Assembly (NCBI RefSeq): GCF_009834535.1
Contig: NC_045697.1
Span: 113,586,001 to 113,650,000 of the forward strand
Source: Camelus ferus
Taxonomy: Eukaryota
DNA: 64,000 nt
Reading direction: 5' to 3'
Part shown: positions 1 to 12,419 of the stretch, one piece after another
How the letters are laid out: each line of letters opens with the position of its first letter
How positions within the stretch are numbered: position 1 is the stretch's first letter
Program-made: the position numbers and the translations under genes
The notes under the pieces: generated by a model
What the model was told of the DNA's origin: nothing
Seen by the model: the letters and a program-made list of their open reading frames with translations, nothing else
Database searches by the model: none

Positions 1-1231
1 CCTTCCCTTGAGTGTTTTCCATCAAATGGCTTTTGATTAAAGTGCTCTTCAGAATAGTTACGTTCATCAAGGCTACCTTTCACTTTGCAAGGCATTTATT
101 TAATAAAGTGATTGTAAGTAATTCAACTTTATAATTCTTGAGCTGCTTTCAAACTCACCCATTCCATTAAAGTAGGCACAGAAGGTAAATAAATCTTTTA
201 TTTTTTTTCTGCTGGGTGAGATTAAACTCAGAGATGTCACATTCACTAGGTTTTAAAAATGAGATTGCTTTTTACTCAGTTTATGGAAAGTCTGCCTTAT
301 ATGATCATTTATCGTGAGACTTTGACTTTAAATTTCAAAAATGTTCCATGGCTATAGAGTCATACTCACAGAATCAAGTCATATATTATTATACCTGGAA
401 CTCAAGACTAGCTTTTGAGTGTTAAAAGAAATGCTGTTGGTTTAGTATAAATAAGGTGTGGGTCTGGGTCTCTAGAAATCATTTGCATAGGACAGTATGC
501 TGTGGACTTCATTGAATATTAAGTCATAAGCCCTTAAAAAAGGTATGATCTTCAGATCCTATATGTATGATGTAAAATGGTACCAATGGATGCTGTGTAC
601 TCAGGAAGGTTTGTGTTACAGCTGGGGACCTTCAGATGAGGAAACCTTCTGAACTTATAAAGGGGCTGCTGGTCAACCTTCCTTGATCCCAGAGGGAGAC
701 ATTCTATATACGTTGTGCTGGTCAAGATACTGCTCTGCCCTCTGCCTTGGATGGAGAAAGCAATTTGTAGAAAGTTATTTGCTACAAAAACATCCCTTGA
801 AATGAATGTTCAGAAGAAAATTTGTCAATATCCCTTCTTTACAAGATGTTTAGTTTTCCTTTGACTATTAGCATAGTTTTTTAAATACAGATCTTTCAAA
901 GGTACTGCTCATTTTTGAGAGGTGGAGATGTCCTCATGAGCCTGAATCTTTATCAGAGGTTACCGTTTATGTTACAGGGCAACTACTAACCTACGAGAAC
1001 ACACTGCTACCCCTCTGTTTTTCAGGTAAATAGGCACTAGTCTCACAATGCAGTCTCAACGCTGGAGAATCCAAAATTACCACTCAAAAGTAAAATAAAA
1101 GGACATGGAATCAGGAATAGACACATCAAGTTTCCACGCATGATAGCAATGGCATAGGCAAAATACATAAAAACAGTTTCAAGTTTCAAAAACAAGAGCT
1201 ACCTACGTCAACAATTTTACTAACACCAAAC

Positions 1232-1349
1232 TCTTTCTTTTTCTTTCTTTCTTTTTTTTTTTTTTTTGTCAGGGGGAAAAGATAATTAGGTTCATTTATT
1301 TTTCTAATGGATGCTAAGCACACACTACCACTGAGCTCTACCGTCCCCC
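1232..1349 (-). mobile_element. tRNA-derived SINE, Vic-1-like (camelid), internally deleted
   Basis: Reverse complement reads GGGGACGGTAGAGCTCAGTGGTAGTGTGTGCTTAGCAT-CCATTAG...AACCTAATTATC plus an A-rich tail. It matches the copies at 1535-1677 and 55553-55710 but lacks the B-box segment. Confidence 0.8.
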
Positions 1350-1359
1350 TACTTTCATT

Positions 1360-2823
1360 TCTTTTTGATTTATCCCTGTTGCTATATTTCTCTGTTTATA
1401 TAACCCATCTATTTTTGCCTTTTGTGCACTTTTCCCATTATATCCTTAACATATTGGTCATAGTTATTTTGAATTACCTTTGGTAATTACTACATCTGTG
1501 TTATATCTAAATCTTTCTCTCTTTTTTTAAAACTTCTTTTTTAAAAAAATTTCTGATTGTTTTGTTTTGGGGATGGGGGAGGTAATTAGGTTTATTTATT
1601 TATTTTTAATGGAGGTACCGGGGACTAAGCCCAGTGCATGCTAAGCATGCGCTCTACCACTGAGCTCTACCCTCCCCTTCAAGGTCTTTCTGATGCTTGC
1701 TTTATCTCTTCAGACATTTTTTTTTCTTTGCACTTGCAATGCCTTGCACTCTTTTGTGTTGGAAGCTGGACATGATGAATTGGCTAATGGGGAGATAAAT
1801 AAGGCACGGATGTAAGTAATTTTGTTAATCCGGCTGGGAGTTGTTCTGTTTTTAATGAATGCTACAGCAACAGATGCCAGAGGCTTAAAGTTCTTCTCGG
1901 GTCTTTGTTTTAATCTCTCTTCTTGGCTTTGCTACTCCTCTTTGTACTGCTTCTCGAGAAGAGTCTGTGTCTTGCAGCTTTTTCTGCTGTAATTCACTGT
2001 CATTGTACTGGAAGCTTGCTGAGATGGTGGTAGGCCCTGGAAGCTGGGAATATTCAATAATTCTGAGTAAGTCTCAGTGATGTAGTGGGCTGTGGACCAG
2101 GACTGTGGCTTATCACCATTATTTCCATCCTTCCTCCAAGAGTACAGTTTTCTCCTTCCTTGGCTATAGTGTTTCTAATCTGTTTCCTGAATTCCTGTCC
2201 TCATGACTATATTTTATTTAATTTTTTTCCCTCTTCCATGAAACAGGAAGGCTGGAATGTGCCGGAGTAGAGCAGAATTCCCTTTGCTCATATGCAATGT
2301 CCTTTCAGAATTTCCCTTGGTGAATTCTTTTGCTCTGTCTGCAAGATCTCTTTTTTAGGGAGAAGAAGCTAGAAAGGTTTCAGGATGTCTCCTTCCCCCC
2401 TCCTCCCTGGCCATGGCAATAAGGGGGTCTCTCTTACCTCCCTCCAGGAAGAACTTGGTTGGTTTCCGGAATGAAAGCCAGTAAGAGCCTGTGGCCCCAT
2501 GTAAGTCTGCGATCCCCAGGGGTGCCTCACTCCTATGCGAGTCTGCACTCAGTAATTTGTCAAAAGACCATTTCAGCGTTGCGCCCAGTTTCTGCAGTGC
2601 AGGGACTTCAGTTATCGTTAAGTAAATCGTGGCGACTTTCTGTTTCTGAATGTGCCTGTCTCTCAAGATTTCAGGATGTAGTTTGCCCTGAAACCTTAAA
2701 TTATTTGATGGATCCAAGAATAGTCATCAAACATCTAGTTTGTTCACCTTTCTTTTAAGTTGTTGTAGGAACAAGAGTGACAAGTTCCAAGTTCTTTACC
2801 TGGTGAAACTGAAAACGGAAGTC
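1360..2823 (-). mobile_element. Ancient L1 (L1M4/L1MC/MD-like) 5'UTR-ORF1 start fragment, interrupted by a SINE
   Basis: Old L1 5'-end motifs in antisense ('gatggatccaagaatagtc', 'agtgacaagttccaagttctttac', terminal 'aaacggaagtc' = GACTTCCG on the minus strand). Boundaries approximate. Confidence 0.6.
1535..1677 (-). mobile_element. tRNA-derived SINE, Vic-1-like
   Basis: Minus strand GGGGAGGGTAGAGCTCAGTGGTAGAGCGCATGCTTAGCATGCA...CCCCGGTACCTCCATTAAAAATAAATAAATAAACCTAATTACCTCCCCC; Pol III A-box-like AGCTCAGTGG. Confidence 0.9.
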
Positions 2824-2993
2824 AAAGTTTAAATATTTTCAAATACTCCTTACGGTTTTTTAGTGTGATCTTAGAAATACCTTCCTTTCTAAAACAACTA
2901 AATGTGTCTTTAAATCTTAATATTTTAGTTCAAGGAATAATAACAATAGTCCATCTATGTTTTTCTATACTTAAATTGTATTATATTTCTTTA

Positions 2994-3183
2994 AAACAGC
3001 AAGTTCATACTGTATAGCACAGGGAACTATATTCAATATCTTGAAGTAACATGGTGAAAAAGAATCTGAGACAAATATATATATGTTCATGTATGACTGA
3101 AGCGTTGTGCTGTGCACCAGAAATTGACACAATATTGTAAACTGCCTATACTTCAATAAATATATATATATATATATGCAAAA
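2994..3183 (+). mobile_element. 5'-truncated L1 3'UTR end (artiodactyl/camelid type)
   Basis: 'ctgtatagcacagggaactatattcaatatcttg...cctatacttcaataaa' with a TA-rich tail; 11-bp TSD ATATTTCTTTA at 2983-2993 and 3184-3194. Confidence 0.9.
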
Positions 3184-3904
3184 ATATTTCTTTATACTTC
3201 ATATTTTAGCTTCCTTAACTCTGGAACATCACATGGCAATATGAATTAAGCTATTAATTTATTTTCACAAAAATAGCTACTGTTAATATTCCTATCTGAT
3301 ATTTAATTGATATGGTGAAATAAATAAAATTTAAATGAAACAAGCTTTATTTATATATTTTATGTCGAAATTTGATGCAGACTATGTAAGAAGAGACTAT
3401 GTTCCACAGTCAAATAAAAAGAAAAGCGTGTTTAGATTAGTAACAAGTCGCACGTTACAATACACTGAATATTTCAAACTAAAACCATTCACCTTTTGAA
3501 GAATGTAGCTATAATATTTACAGAAGTCTTCCTCAAGTCTTTGAAAATCAAATTGGAATATTTAAAACACTTCATAGTTTAAGTATAATGATATGTATGT
3601 ACATAAGAAAAAAGTTGAATTCCACTTGGTCACAAATACATAAATTTCTTTGGATCGCTAAATCAATGAGATAAGTTTAAGCTTAAATCTAATGCAATGA
3701 AATAGTTTATTTAAATTGAGAACTACCTATGCGTAAGAACTAGCTAGCTGGTGATGGAGGCAAAGCCCAGAATATAAGTTCACAGGAAGTGTTTAATATT
3801 TGTCAGAACATCAGTAATTGCTCTGGGCTCCACTCAAAACTAGCAGCATTCCATGCTATCCAGTAAATGAGTATATGCAACTTCTAAAACTCAAATATCC
3901 AGTG

Positions 3905-4065
3905 AGCAACATGATATAATAAAAATTATATATGACAAGCTATAGCTAATGTTATACTCACTGGTGAAAAGCTGAAAACATTTCCTCTAAAATCAGCAAC
4001 AAGATACAAATGCCCACTCATGCCATTTCATTTCCACAGAGAAGTGAAAGTCCTAACCAGAGGAA
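3905..4065 (+). mobile_element. Decayed L1 ORF2 (RT region) fragment
   Basis: 'ggtgaaaagctgaaaacatttcctctaaaatcagcaacaagatacaaatgcccactc' encodes GEKLKTFPLKSATRYKCPL, resembling L1 ORF2 [19 protein letters not shown]. Confidence 0.8.
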
Positions 4066-4109
4066 AAAAAAAATGGCGCTGGGGAATAAGTCAGACAGAT
4101 ATAGACATA

Positions 4110-4148
4110 CAGGTGTACCTTGTTTTATTGTGTTTCACTCTATTGCAC
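4110..4148 (+). mobile_element. Tigger1-like (TcMar/pogo) terminal inverted repeat remnant
   Basis: TA + CAGGTGTACCTTGTTTTATTGTGTTTCACTCTATTGCAC resembles the Tigger1 end CAGGCATACCTCGTTTTATTGCGCTTCGCTTTATTGCGC with CpG decay. Confidence 0.65.
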
Positions 4149-4399
4149 AATAGCTAGATCAGTTCCAATGAGAGGGAAACTGCGGTTGGGTCTGTGTGTA
4201 CCCTCCGCCTCTGCCCACCCCATCCACCCCATATATGACCCCATTCTACAAGTCCTACAGTGGCTGAGACTAGAAGCCAACCAACATTTTCTGACTGAGC
4301 TAGTTTATCCACTTAGCTAAGTGGATACAGTTCTTGTTCTCTAGTAAGCATTAACACATGGTACAAAATTTCTCATGTCTTCTCTCAGTGGGGGTTACT

Positions 4400-5160
4400 T
4401 CTCTAAAGCCTATCCTCAAGTTTCTAATTTCCTATTTCAAACACATTTGTGCTTAGAATGTCAATGCTTTCTGTTCACGGAAGTGAAGGCTGACTAGTGT
4501 AATCATCATCCTCTTTCTCTTTGAAATTTGAGATCTTCATTGGTGGAGAAATACACTGCCACAATAAATTTATCTATGGCACAGTCCACTGGATATGGTG
4601 CCAAAGGAAATTTCAGGTTGATGTTTATTCATATTTTCTTTCACATGAAAGACTAAGATAAGATAAGATAAGATAAAGATGATAAGTAAGGCCACCATGG
4701 AACATCTGTTACGATGTTGTTGAACAGAGTCCTTGGTTCTTTTACTGCTGCTAATTTATTAATGAATTTTACTGTGTTTATAATGCTACCTTTGTCGTTA
4801 TCATGGTAACTGTAAACATAGATCTATAATCTCAGTAGTCCTAATCATACACAGGTTTCTAATGTCCATAGTATATTTGCAATTTTGAGACACCATTCAT
4901 TTCCCTGCTTAGCTATTAATATTCCTGCTCACATAAGGAGACGTTCATTCTTTCTACGTCATCTTTTCTATACTTACTTTAGTCAACTTCCCAGTTGGCT
5001 GGATTTCTTTTTGCTTGCTTCATCTGATTCTGAAACCAAGAAAAGTGTTTTCTAGAAATTTTATTTATATTGTGAGTTCTTCCATTTTGCAGCTCCATAT
5101 GGCGGTGATGCTCTCCAAGTTAGTTTCATTTTTAGGCACCATGTTGGGGAAAAAGAGGGG
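4400..5160 (-). mobile_element. Possible very old Tigger/pogo internal fossil
   Basis: Minus strand begins ATGGTGCCTAAA at about 5142 with weak resemblance to pogo transposase termini; heavily degraded. Confidence 0.3.
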
Positions 5161-7501
5161 CTTGCTATCTTCCATGTCAAGTCTAACAAAAGTGACAGTG
5201 TTTCTCGTCTAACATGTCTCCAAACGTACCATGACAACTTAATGCGTCCGCCTTTAATTGGATCATGTATGCAACACCACTCTGGCAGAGGAACATGCCA
5301 TAGTGTTCAGTGCTAACCATGTACCTCACTCAGAGGATCTAGACTGTGTTTGTCCTGAGAATTGTTAGCAGGAGAGGATAGAATGAATGGTGGGAGGAAA
5401 TACAGCAGATAACTACTGCACTGTCTCATATAAAAATACTTTTCAACTCCTTCTAACTTAATATTTTTCCTACTGTGAATGAATAGCACTTTATTCCTAA
5501 CATGAATACAAATTATATCATTTGCACTTTGTTGTGTCTGTTCCCTGCTTTCTCACAAACCCCTACCAACATTGCACACTCATACTTTTGGCAAACTAGA
5601 TTAAGAATCCCAAGAAGGAAAAAGGGCTTTGTTTGATAAGCTTGATAAACATTAATTTTCATTAAATACTATAATAGCCCACATTTTCCATTTTAGAGGT
5701 AAGGGGAGTGATATGTATAATTTTCATGAACACATAAATTCACCCTTATTTAAACACACAGCAGAGTAAAGAGTAAAAACAAAGTTAAGAGATAAATATA
5801 GAGGCATTTGCTACAAGGCAAAGAAATGAGATTTTGCGTCAGATATTCAAATTGAATTACAACTCTGTCAAATATTTGGGGAAATAGCTTAACCTAAAGA
5901 GACTGTTTACATTGTCCAAGTAGTAAACATTAGGTATAATAATGCAGGTGAACAGGCACTAGTTTCACTCTGACTCATAAAATGAGTTATTTGCATTGAG
6001 ATTGGTATTATTAAAATCTTGACATGAATACACACTGAAAATTGGTTTCATAATTTTTTATTCTCACCAAATGTTTAATACTATTTCATCCACAGTTTCT
6101 CATATTTTAATTCAATGCAAGTTTACGATCATAATATGGACATCATAGCAATTTTATCAGTCAAAAGCAATTAGACCAAGCCATATTTTGTGATCATTAT
6201 GTTGTTGTTGTTAGAGAATAAAAGGTCTGTTTTCAACCATAATATCCAGATGGCTAGTTAATATGCATAACTAAATGTTTTTTTCATTGCTACTGACTCA
6301 CTCTTTAAAACCATGTTTAAGTTAACATTGATTTCATCATGGTAGTTATTTGAAATGCAAAACCAGTCAGTTTCATATATAATAACACAATCACTTGACT
6401 TTGTCCACTGTTATTTCTTGACAGTTAATCTCCAAACTCATCTTAAATTTTATTGTGTACTTAACTTCAGTATGCATTTTAATGCTCATTTTCCACCTAA
6501 GTGGAGATTTTTTTAAAGTATGACACAGCTTGATTTAATAAATACTATTGGGTATGGTTTCTTGCTGTAATATAATAGGAGTAGTATATTTTGAAGGTTA
6601 TATACTTAATTTCAAATTTCTGAAGACAATTTATGAATCCCTTTCAATGTTTCATTTTTATAATTTTAAAAATGGAAAATAAATGTTGGAGCACTGTCTA
6701 TGTCATACATGCTTTGTATCTGGCATTAAAAAAAAAAAAACAGTAGCTCCTGTTAACACAAGATAAATTGACCCTTTAGCTTCAGAGTTACATCCTAGTG
6801 CCTATCTGTGCCATCATACCGGGTTGGTAATATAAGCTGATCTTGCCACTCCAAATCATTATGTAATGCTGAGGCATAAAATTCAGGTTGTGATGCACTG
6901 CGTGGTGTGTAACAAAGTAACTAGTAACTGATAGAGATTTAGTTTCTTGACACATACAACACATTCCTCTGTATTAATGAGGTTTTTTTTTAGTTATAAT
7001 AATATTGGTTGTCATGGGCATTTTACATGGTCAAAAAATTAATTCAGTTTACTACTATGAAATACTTGGAAAATGTAAAAATGCAAATGCAATCATTTTC
7101 ATGCTTAGGAAGCACAGTAGATTTGTCGCCTCTCCCCAACTTTGGACCACATTGGAAACAGGTGATTTCTTCCTGAAAATAAAACTTCCAAGTTATTACA
7201 CAAATTGGATAGACTCAACCATCCTACAAACTAATATCTTTCAGAGATATTTTGCAAATTAGAGTTATACACTGCCAAGGACATGGAGAATGCATTCTCC
7301 ATAAATAGTAATTCTATCAAAAATTGTTAAGGCAGATCTGGTTAGTAATAGATGCAACAAACATGCACTTTAGAAGAGAAACTCCCCTCAATTAAAATTT
7401 CTGTGACTATATTTCCAGCTTTGTCCTCAGGGGAGGCACACTTACTCTCATAGGAATAAGAATTTTATTTGTCATTTATTTGGAGGAAGGACGGGGGGCA
7501 C

Positions 7502-7990
7502 ATTGTTTTTCTATCACTGCTGTAACAAATTGCTACAAGCTTAGTGTTAACACCCAGTTATTATCTTATATACATATTTATTATCTTAAACACACTTTTA
7601 GTAACTTATAGCTCTGGAGATGGGAGGTCTGAACTCGGTTTCACCGGACTGACATCACACTGCCTCCGGAGGGTCTAAGGGGACAATCAGTGTCCTTGTC
7701 CTTTCCAGTTTGTAGAGCTGTCGTCCTGGGCTCCATCTTTTCCTTCATCCTCAAGCCAGCAGAGTAAACTCTCCAGATCCCTGTCCCCTGAGGTTGTTGC
7801 ATGATCTTCTGCTGTGTCAACCCCTCTTTTAAAGATTATATGCAGTGGGCCCATGCAGTAACCCAGGATAATCTACCCATTTCAAGATCCTAATTTAATA
7901 CCATCTGCAAAATTCCTTTGGTCCTATAAAATAACATTCACAGATTTTTCAGGGTTTAGGTCCCGGATATCTTTGGGGATCTATCACAGA
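7502..7990 (-). mobile_element. MaLR LTR, MLT1D-like
   Basis: 'ctgctgtaacaaattgctacaagcttagtg', 'acccaggataatctacccatttcaagatcc', 'ataacattcacag...ggatatctttgggg' are MLT1 antisense hallmarks. Confidence 0.85.
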
Positions 7991-9616
7991 GGGCAGGGAT
8001 GTTTTATCTTTTTGCAATAGTTGAATTAAGCATCACTCATGATATATTAACTATATTTGTTGTAATAATGGGCTCAAGTAAAATCAAAGCCCATTCTTTG
8101 CTTCGGTTTTTATATTCTGTTGGAAATTTGGAGAATGGAAAGAATGTAGTCTGAAAAAAGTTGTATTCCAGTCACTTGAAAGTTGCAGCTTTCCTCTCCA
8201 TTACAAATCAATAAATGTAAAGTTTTGTTTATTAAAATCTGTATATCTTCTTGGTAGCTTTAATTCAGTATTTGGGGAAAATAAAGAAAAAAAAAAGATT
8301 TTCTACATTTGCTTTCTGAGATTAAGACCCTGATTTTTTTTTTTTTTCACCACATCAAGCTTTTCCCTTGTTGAGAGGTCCTGTCTGAGCTCGAAGGAAC
8401 ATTTCCTTTGATGTCTGTAATGGGTAAATAATGAGGCAACAAGATATTTATACCATTATGAATAATTTCCCACTATATATTTATCCTGCTATTGGTTGGG
8501 CAGTAACAAGACTTTAGCCAAAACACACTACAATATGGCTATGGTAACCAAACGTATTTCAAAATGCTATCACTTAAATGTACACATTTGAGGGTCTGGT
8601 GGAGGCAAACATGTTGAAGAGGGGTAAGTGTGTAATTACAGAACAAATGTCAAGGATTTCCAGCTTCTGACACTCAATATCTATAGTATAATAATAACAC
8701 ATAGGATTTATAGAAATAACATGGAGTAGGAGATATGCTGCATTTGTAAAAAAAAATTACTCAATTTCGAGATGGAGATTAAAAGTCCTCTCATATAAAA
8801 AGAAGACAGAGGGTAAGAGTTACTAAGAAATTGACAAATTATTACACACTTCAGAAGAGGCAGAATTGGACTTGACCACAAGTTTTCCTGACACTTTAAG
8901 ATTGTGCTCATAATCACTCTGCCTGTCTCTCATATATTCACTTTTTCCTAGAATTGCTGCTAATAATGATGCTAAGGCAAACATTCATCTATTTTCTCTT
9001 TCATATGCACACAGCCCATTGTATACACATTTGGAGAGAAATATCTAGCATCATTATATGTCATATTTGTATTTTTCCTGTCTTCCTTTGGATTGGGCAT
9101 GTCTTATGATTATATATTTTTCTCCCTTATTGGCTTTAGCTAATTGTTTTTTAGGGGTTGCTCCAAGCTATGAATACTGTAAATTTAACTTATTATTGTC
9201 TCCTTCCAAATAATACTATACCATTCCTCATATAGTCAAACAAACTTACAACAATAGACTTTCATTTTCTCCCTCAAGTCCTTTTGTACTATTATCATAC
9301 ATTTTAGTTCTTTATGCGTTATCAACCTCAGAATATATCTTTTACTATTTGTTTAGTCAATTTATTATTATTCAAAAATTTTAAATCAGAACATTTATAC
9401 GTATCCCAGTTTTTATGATCTCTGGTGTTTATTTATTCCTTTCTGTAGTTACACATTTTCCTCTGGTTTCATATTCCTTCTGCCCGAATAACTTCTTCAA
9501 CATTTCTCCTAGTACAAGTGTGCTGGAAATGAACTCTCCTAGTTTGTTTTCTGAAAAAGTCTTCATTTTGTCTGGAGTTTTTGAAAGAGCTTTTTTCTAG
9601 CTTAAGAATTCCAAGA

Positions 9617-9837
9617 GGTCAAACTCCCAAATGTCTCCACTATATATAATAATAGATTTAAAAAGTTTAGTTTGTATAGCACAGGGAGCTATGTTCAATT
9701 ATCTTGTAATAATCTTTAATGGAAAATATGAAAATGAATGTATGTATGTATATGCATGACTGGGACATTGGGCTGTACACCAGAGATTGACACATTGTAA
9801 TTGACTGTACTTCAATTACAAAAAAAAAAAAAAAAAA
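9617..9837 (+). mobile_element. 5'-truncated young L1 3' end with poly(A)
   Basis: L1 3'UTR plus an A20 tail; perfect 13-bp TSD AAGAATTCCAAGA at 9604-9616 and 9838-9850; TT|AAGA endonuclease-like target. Confidence 0.93.
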
Positions 9838-10983
9838 AAGAATTCCAAGATGACTTCCTTCCCCTTGTACCTTAAAGATAATGGTATTTTCTTCCTGCTC
9901 ACACAGTTTCTGGCAAGCAGTTTGCTGTGGTTCTCTCTTTGTTTCTCTGTACGTAAAATTTCTTGGTTCTCTGCTGTCTGCAAGATTATCTCTTAAATTT
10001 TGATTTTCAACACCTTGACCATCATATGCTTAGTTAGGTGAATATTTCTTTGTATTTAGCTTGATTGTAGTGCTCTGGCTTTTAAATAGGTTTGTGGGCT
10101 TTCATTAATTTTGCAAATTTTTGGCTACTTTCTACTCAAATAATTCTTCTGATCCGTTCTTTCTTTTCTCCTTCCTGAACTCCAGTTACACATGTGTTAG
10201 ACGGTTTGATACCTTCCTACAGCACTTGAATGGTCTGTTCTATCTGTTTGCATTATGTGTTTTATTTCATTTTGGGTACTCTACATATTTACCCACCTAT
10301 ACATTTGCGGATGATTTCCTGTGATGTGTTCATCCTGTTGATAAACTCATTAAGGCATTTTTCATTTCTAATATCATGTTTTGAATTTCTAACATTTTTA
10401 TTTGACTTCTTTCTGTGGATTCCATCTAACTGCTAAAATTCCCCATCCGCTCATGCTTGCTGCTTACCTTTTTCACTAAAACTTTTAACATAGTAACTAT
10501 AGTTATTTTAAAGTCACGGGTCTTATAGTTTCAGCATTGTGTATATCTCTGGGTCTGAAAGTATTTTGTTTTTTTATCATGAATCTGAATCTTTTTTTTC
10601 ATTTTGCTTTTTTACAAATACTGCCATTTCTAATTGAATTTTGAACACCGTGTGCAAGAAAAAAGACCAAAAACTTATGTATATTATATTTTTGCTTGGA
10701 AATGGTCATACTGTATCTTCTATCAGACTTCTAACAAAGGGGTTGAATCAAACTAGTCAGTGGCTGAACTGGTTTAGGGTTTTGCTTTTCATATCACTAC
10801 CTTCAGTGTACAACACGGTTCACATTCCTCGGGCTTCATGTGAAGCCCAGGATGAGGATTCCTCAGTGTTCTTTCCCCTTCACCTTTTGGCAGGTTTTGC
10901 ATGTTTGTAATATAAAGAGGGGTTCTCTTCCATTTTAATCCTATTCCATTTACTCAGTAAATGACTCAGAATTAGGTCATTGT

Positions 10984-11122
10984 TGTTTTATTGAAGTATA
11001 GTTAGTTTACAATATTATATTAGTTTCAGGTCAGGTGTACAACATAGTGATTTGATCTTTTTACAGATTATCCTCCATATAAAGTGATTATAAAGTAACA
11101 GCTATATTCCCTGTGCCGTACA
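10984..11122 (-). mobile_element. L1 3'UTR end
   Basis: 'ttttattgaagtatagttagtttacaatatt...tgtacaacatagtgat...tatattccctgtgc' is the antisense of the L1 3' end. Confidence 0.85.
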
Positions 11123-12419
11123 TTAAGGAGATGTTTCTTAATTCTTCTGGTTAATCAAAGGCTTAGGCAGGCCCTGTGGAGCTGAGCCTCAAGGGTATGT
11201 CTTTCTCACCATTTCCCACCTCAAGTGACAAACATTTCTTCACACCAAGGGGACTAGAGTCAAAGCTAGTTTGTGTCACCTCTCCTCCATGTGGCAGTCA
11301 AACTCTGTCTTGTTCCAGTGGGAGTTCTTGGACGTGATGGCTTTCCTTGCATCTCTCCAGGCTGGCAAACATTCCCTGAGGGAGGGAGAAGGGGTCTATT
11401 TCATAGTGCATTTGAAGCTATTGGTCTTCTTCCATTGTGAATGTACTAGAAACTCCTTTCACTGAATGACACTGAAGGGAGAGGTGAGGGTTTGAAGACT
11501 TAAAGAAACTGACACATTTTGAAATACTTACTGTGGAGGACAAAAAGTTGACTGGAAAATTCTTCTTCTTTCTCTTCCTCCTTCTCCATTTCTTCTAAAA
11601 GTGGGGGGATGAATATTTTTAAGAGAAGATCATAAGGAAAAAAGCTCTGTGCTGGTTTTTGACACCAAACATTTAGTATAAAAATACTCATTAGTTCAAG
11701 TTTCTTGCCTTTTTTGGGGGGTGGGGTGGGGGGCGGTCAACCTTCTAAAACATGCTGAGCAAGGAGTCCCCTGGCTAAGGCAAATCAATTTCATAGTGTA
11801 GAATGTTGTTAACTGTAAATTATCCAAGCCTTGTCAATTTTTTATTTTCTTCTTAAATTATATTATTAAAGAGAAGGACTTATGCCATGTTGAGATCAAA
11901 TTTAATTTAAATGCCTTAGAGATGTTGCTAAGGTTAAAATTAAATTCCTTACCTGTTAAGTTTCTGATAATCTTTCTGTTTGTGGTTTGTGCTTTAAAAA
12001 TTATATTTAATCGAAAATAAATAACTGCTGTTTCTACTAAATAAGTAACTCTGTAGTGCAAATAAAAAAATAAAGATTGACTTTGTAGGTATGACAAGCC
12101 TGCAAGATAGTCTTTACATTATTAAAATGAAAACTAGTTTTCTAGTTTTTATTTCTGACTTAAAATGGTAAAGAATTATCTACCCCTTTTCCTCTCAGCT
12201 GTCATAATAATTATCAAGGAAAATGGAACAGGAACATAAATTATAACTTGAAGGAAAATTGGAGAAATGTCTAACATCAGATTACTAAGAAAGGGGAAGT
12301 GTAGGGAATCCTCTATAAATGGAAAAGGGTTGCATACAATTTGTAGTGAATAATAATTATTGTAGTTTTTAGACAAAGCTAGGTCATTTTCTAAAGACAT
12401 AAATTGTCTGAGTTGAGCC

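Larger units (their letters stand above)
9060..11460 (-). mobile_element. Ancient L1 ORF1/5'UTR region, host to two younger L1 3' ends
   Basis: Antisense L1 ORF1 motifs ('gtttgttttctgaaaaagtcttcatttt', 'ctccagttacacatgtgttagac', 'catagtaactatagttattttaaagtc'). Confidence 0.65.

Noticed and set aside
11716..11736. G-run cluster G6-T-G4-T-G6-C-G2 (G-quadruplex?)
   Set aside because: Only three solid G tracts and no functional context.
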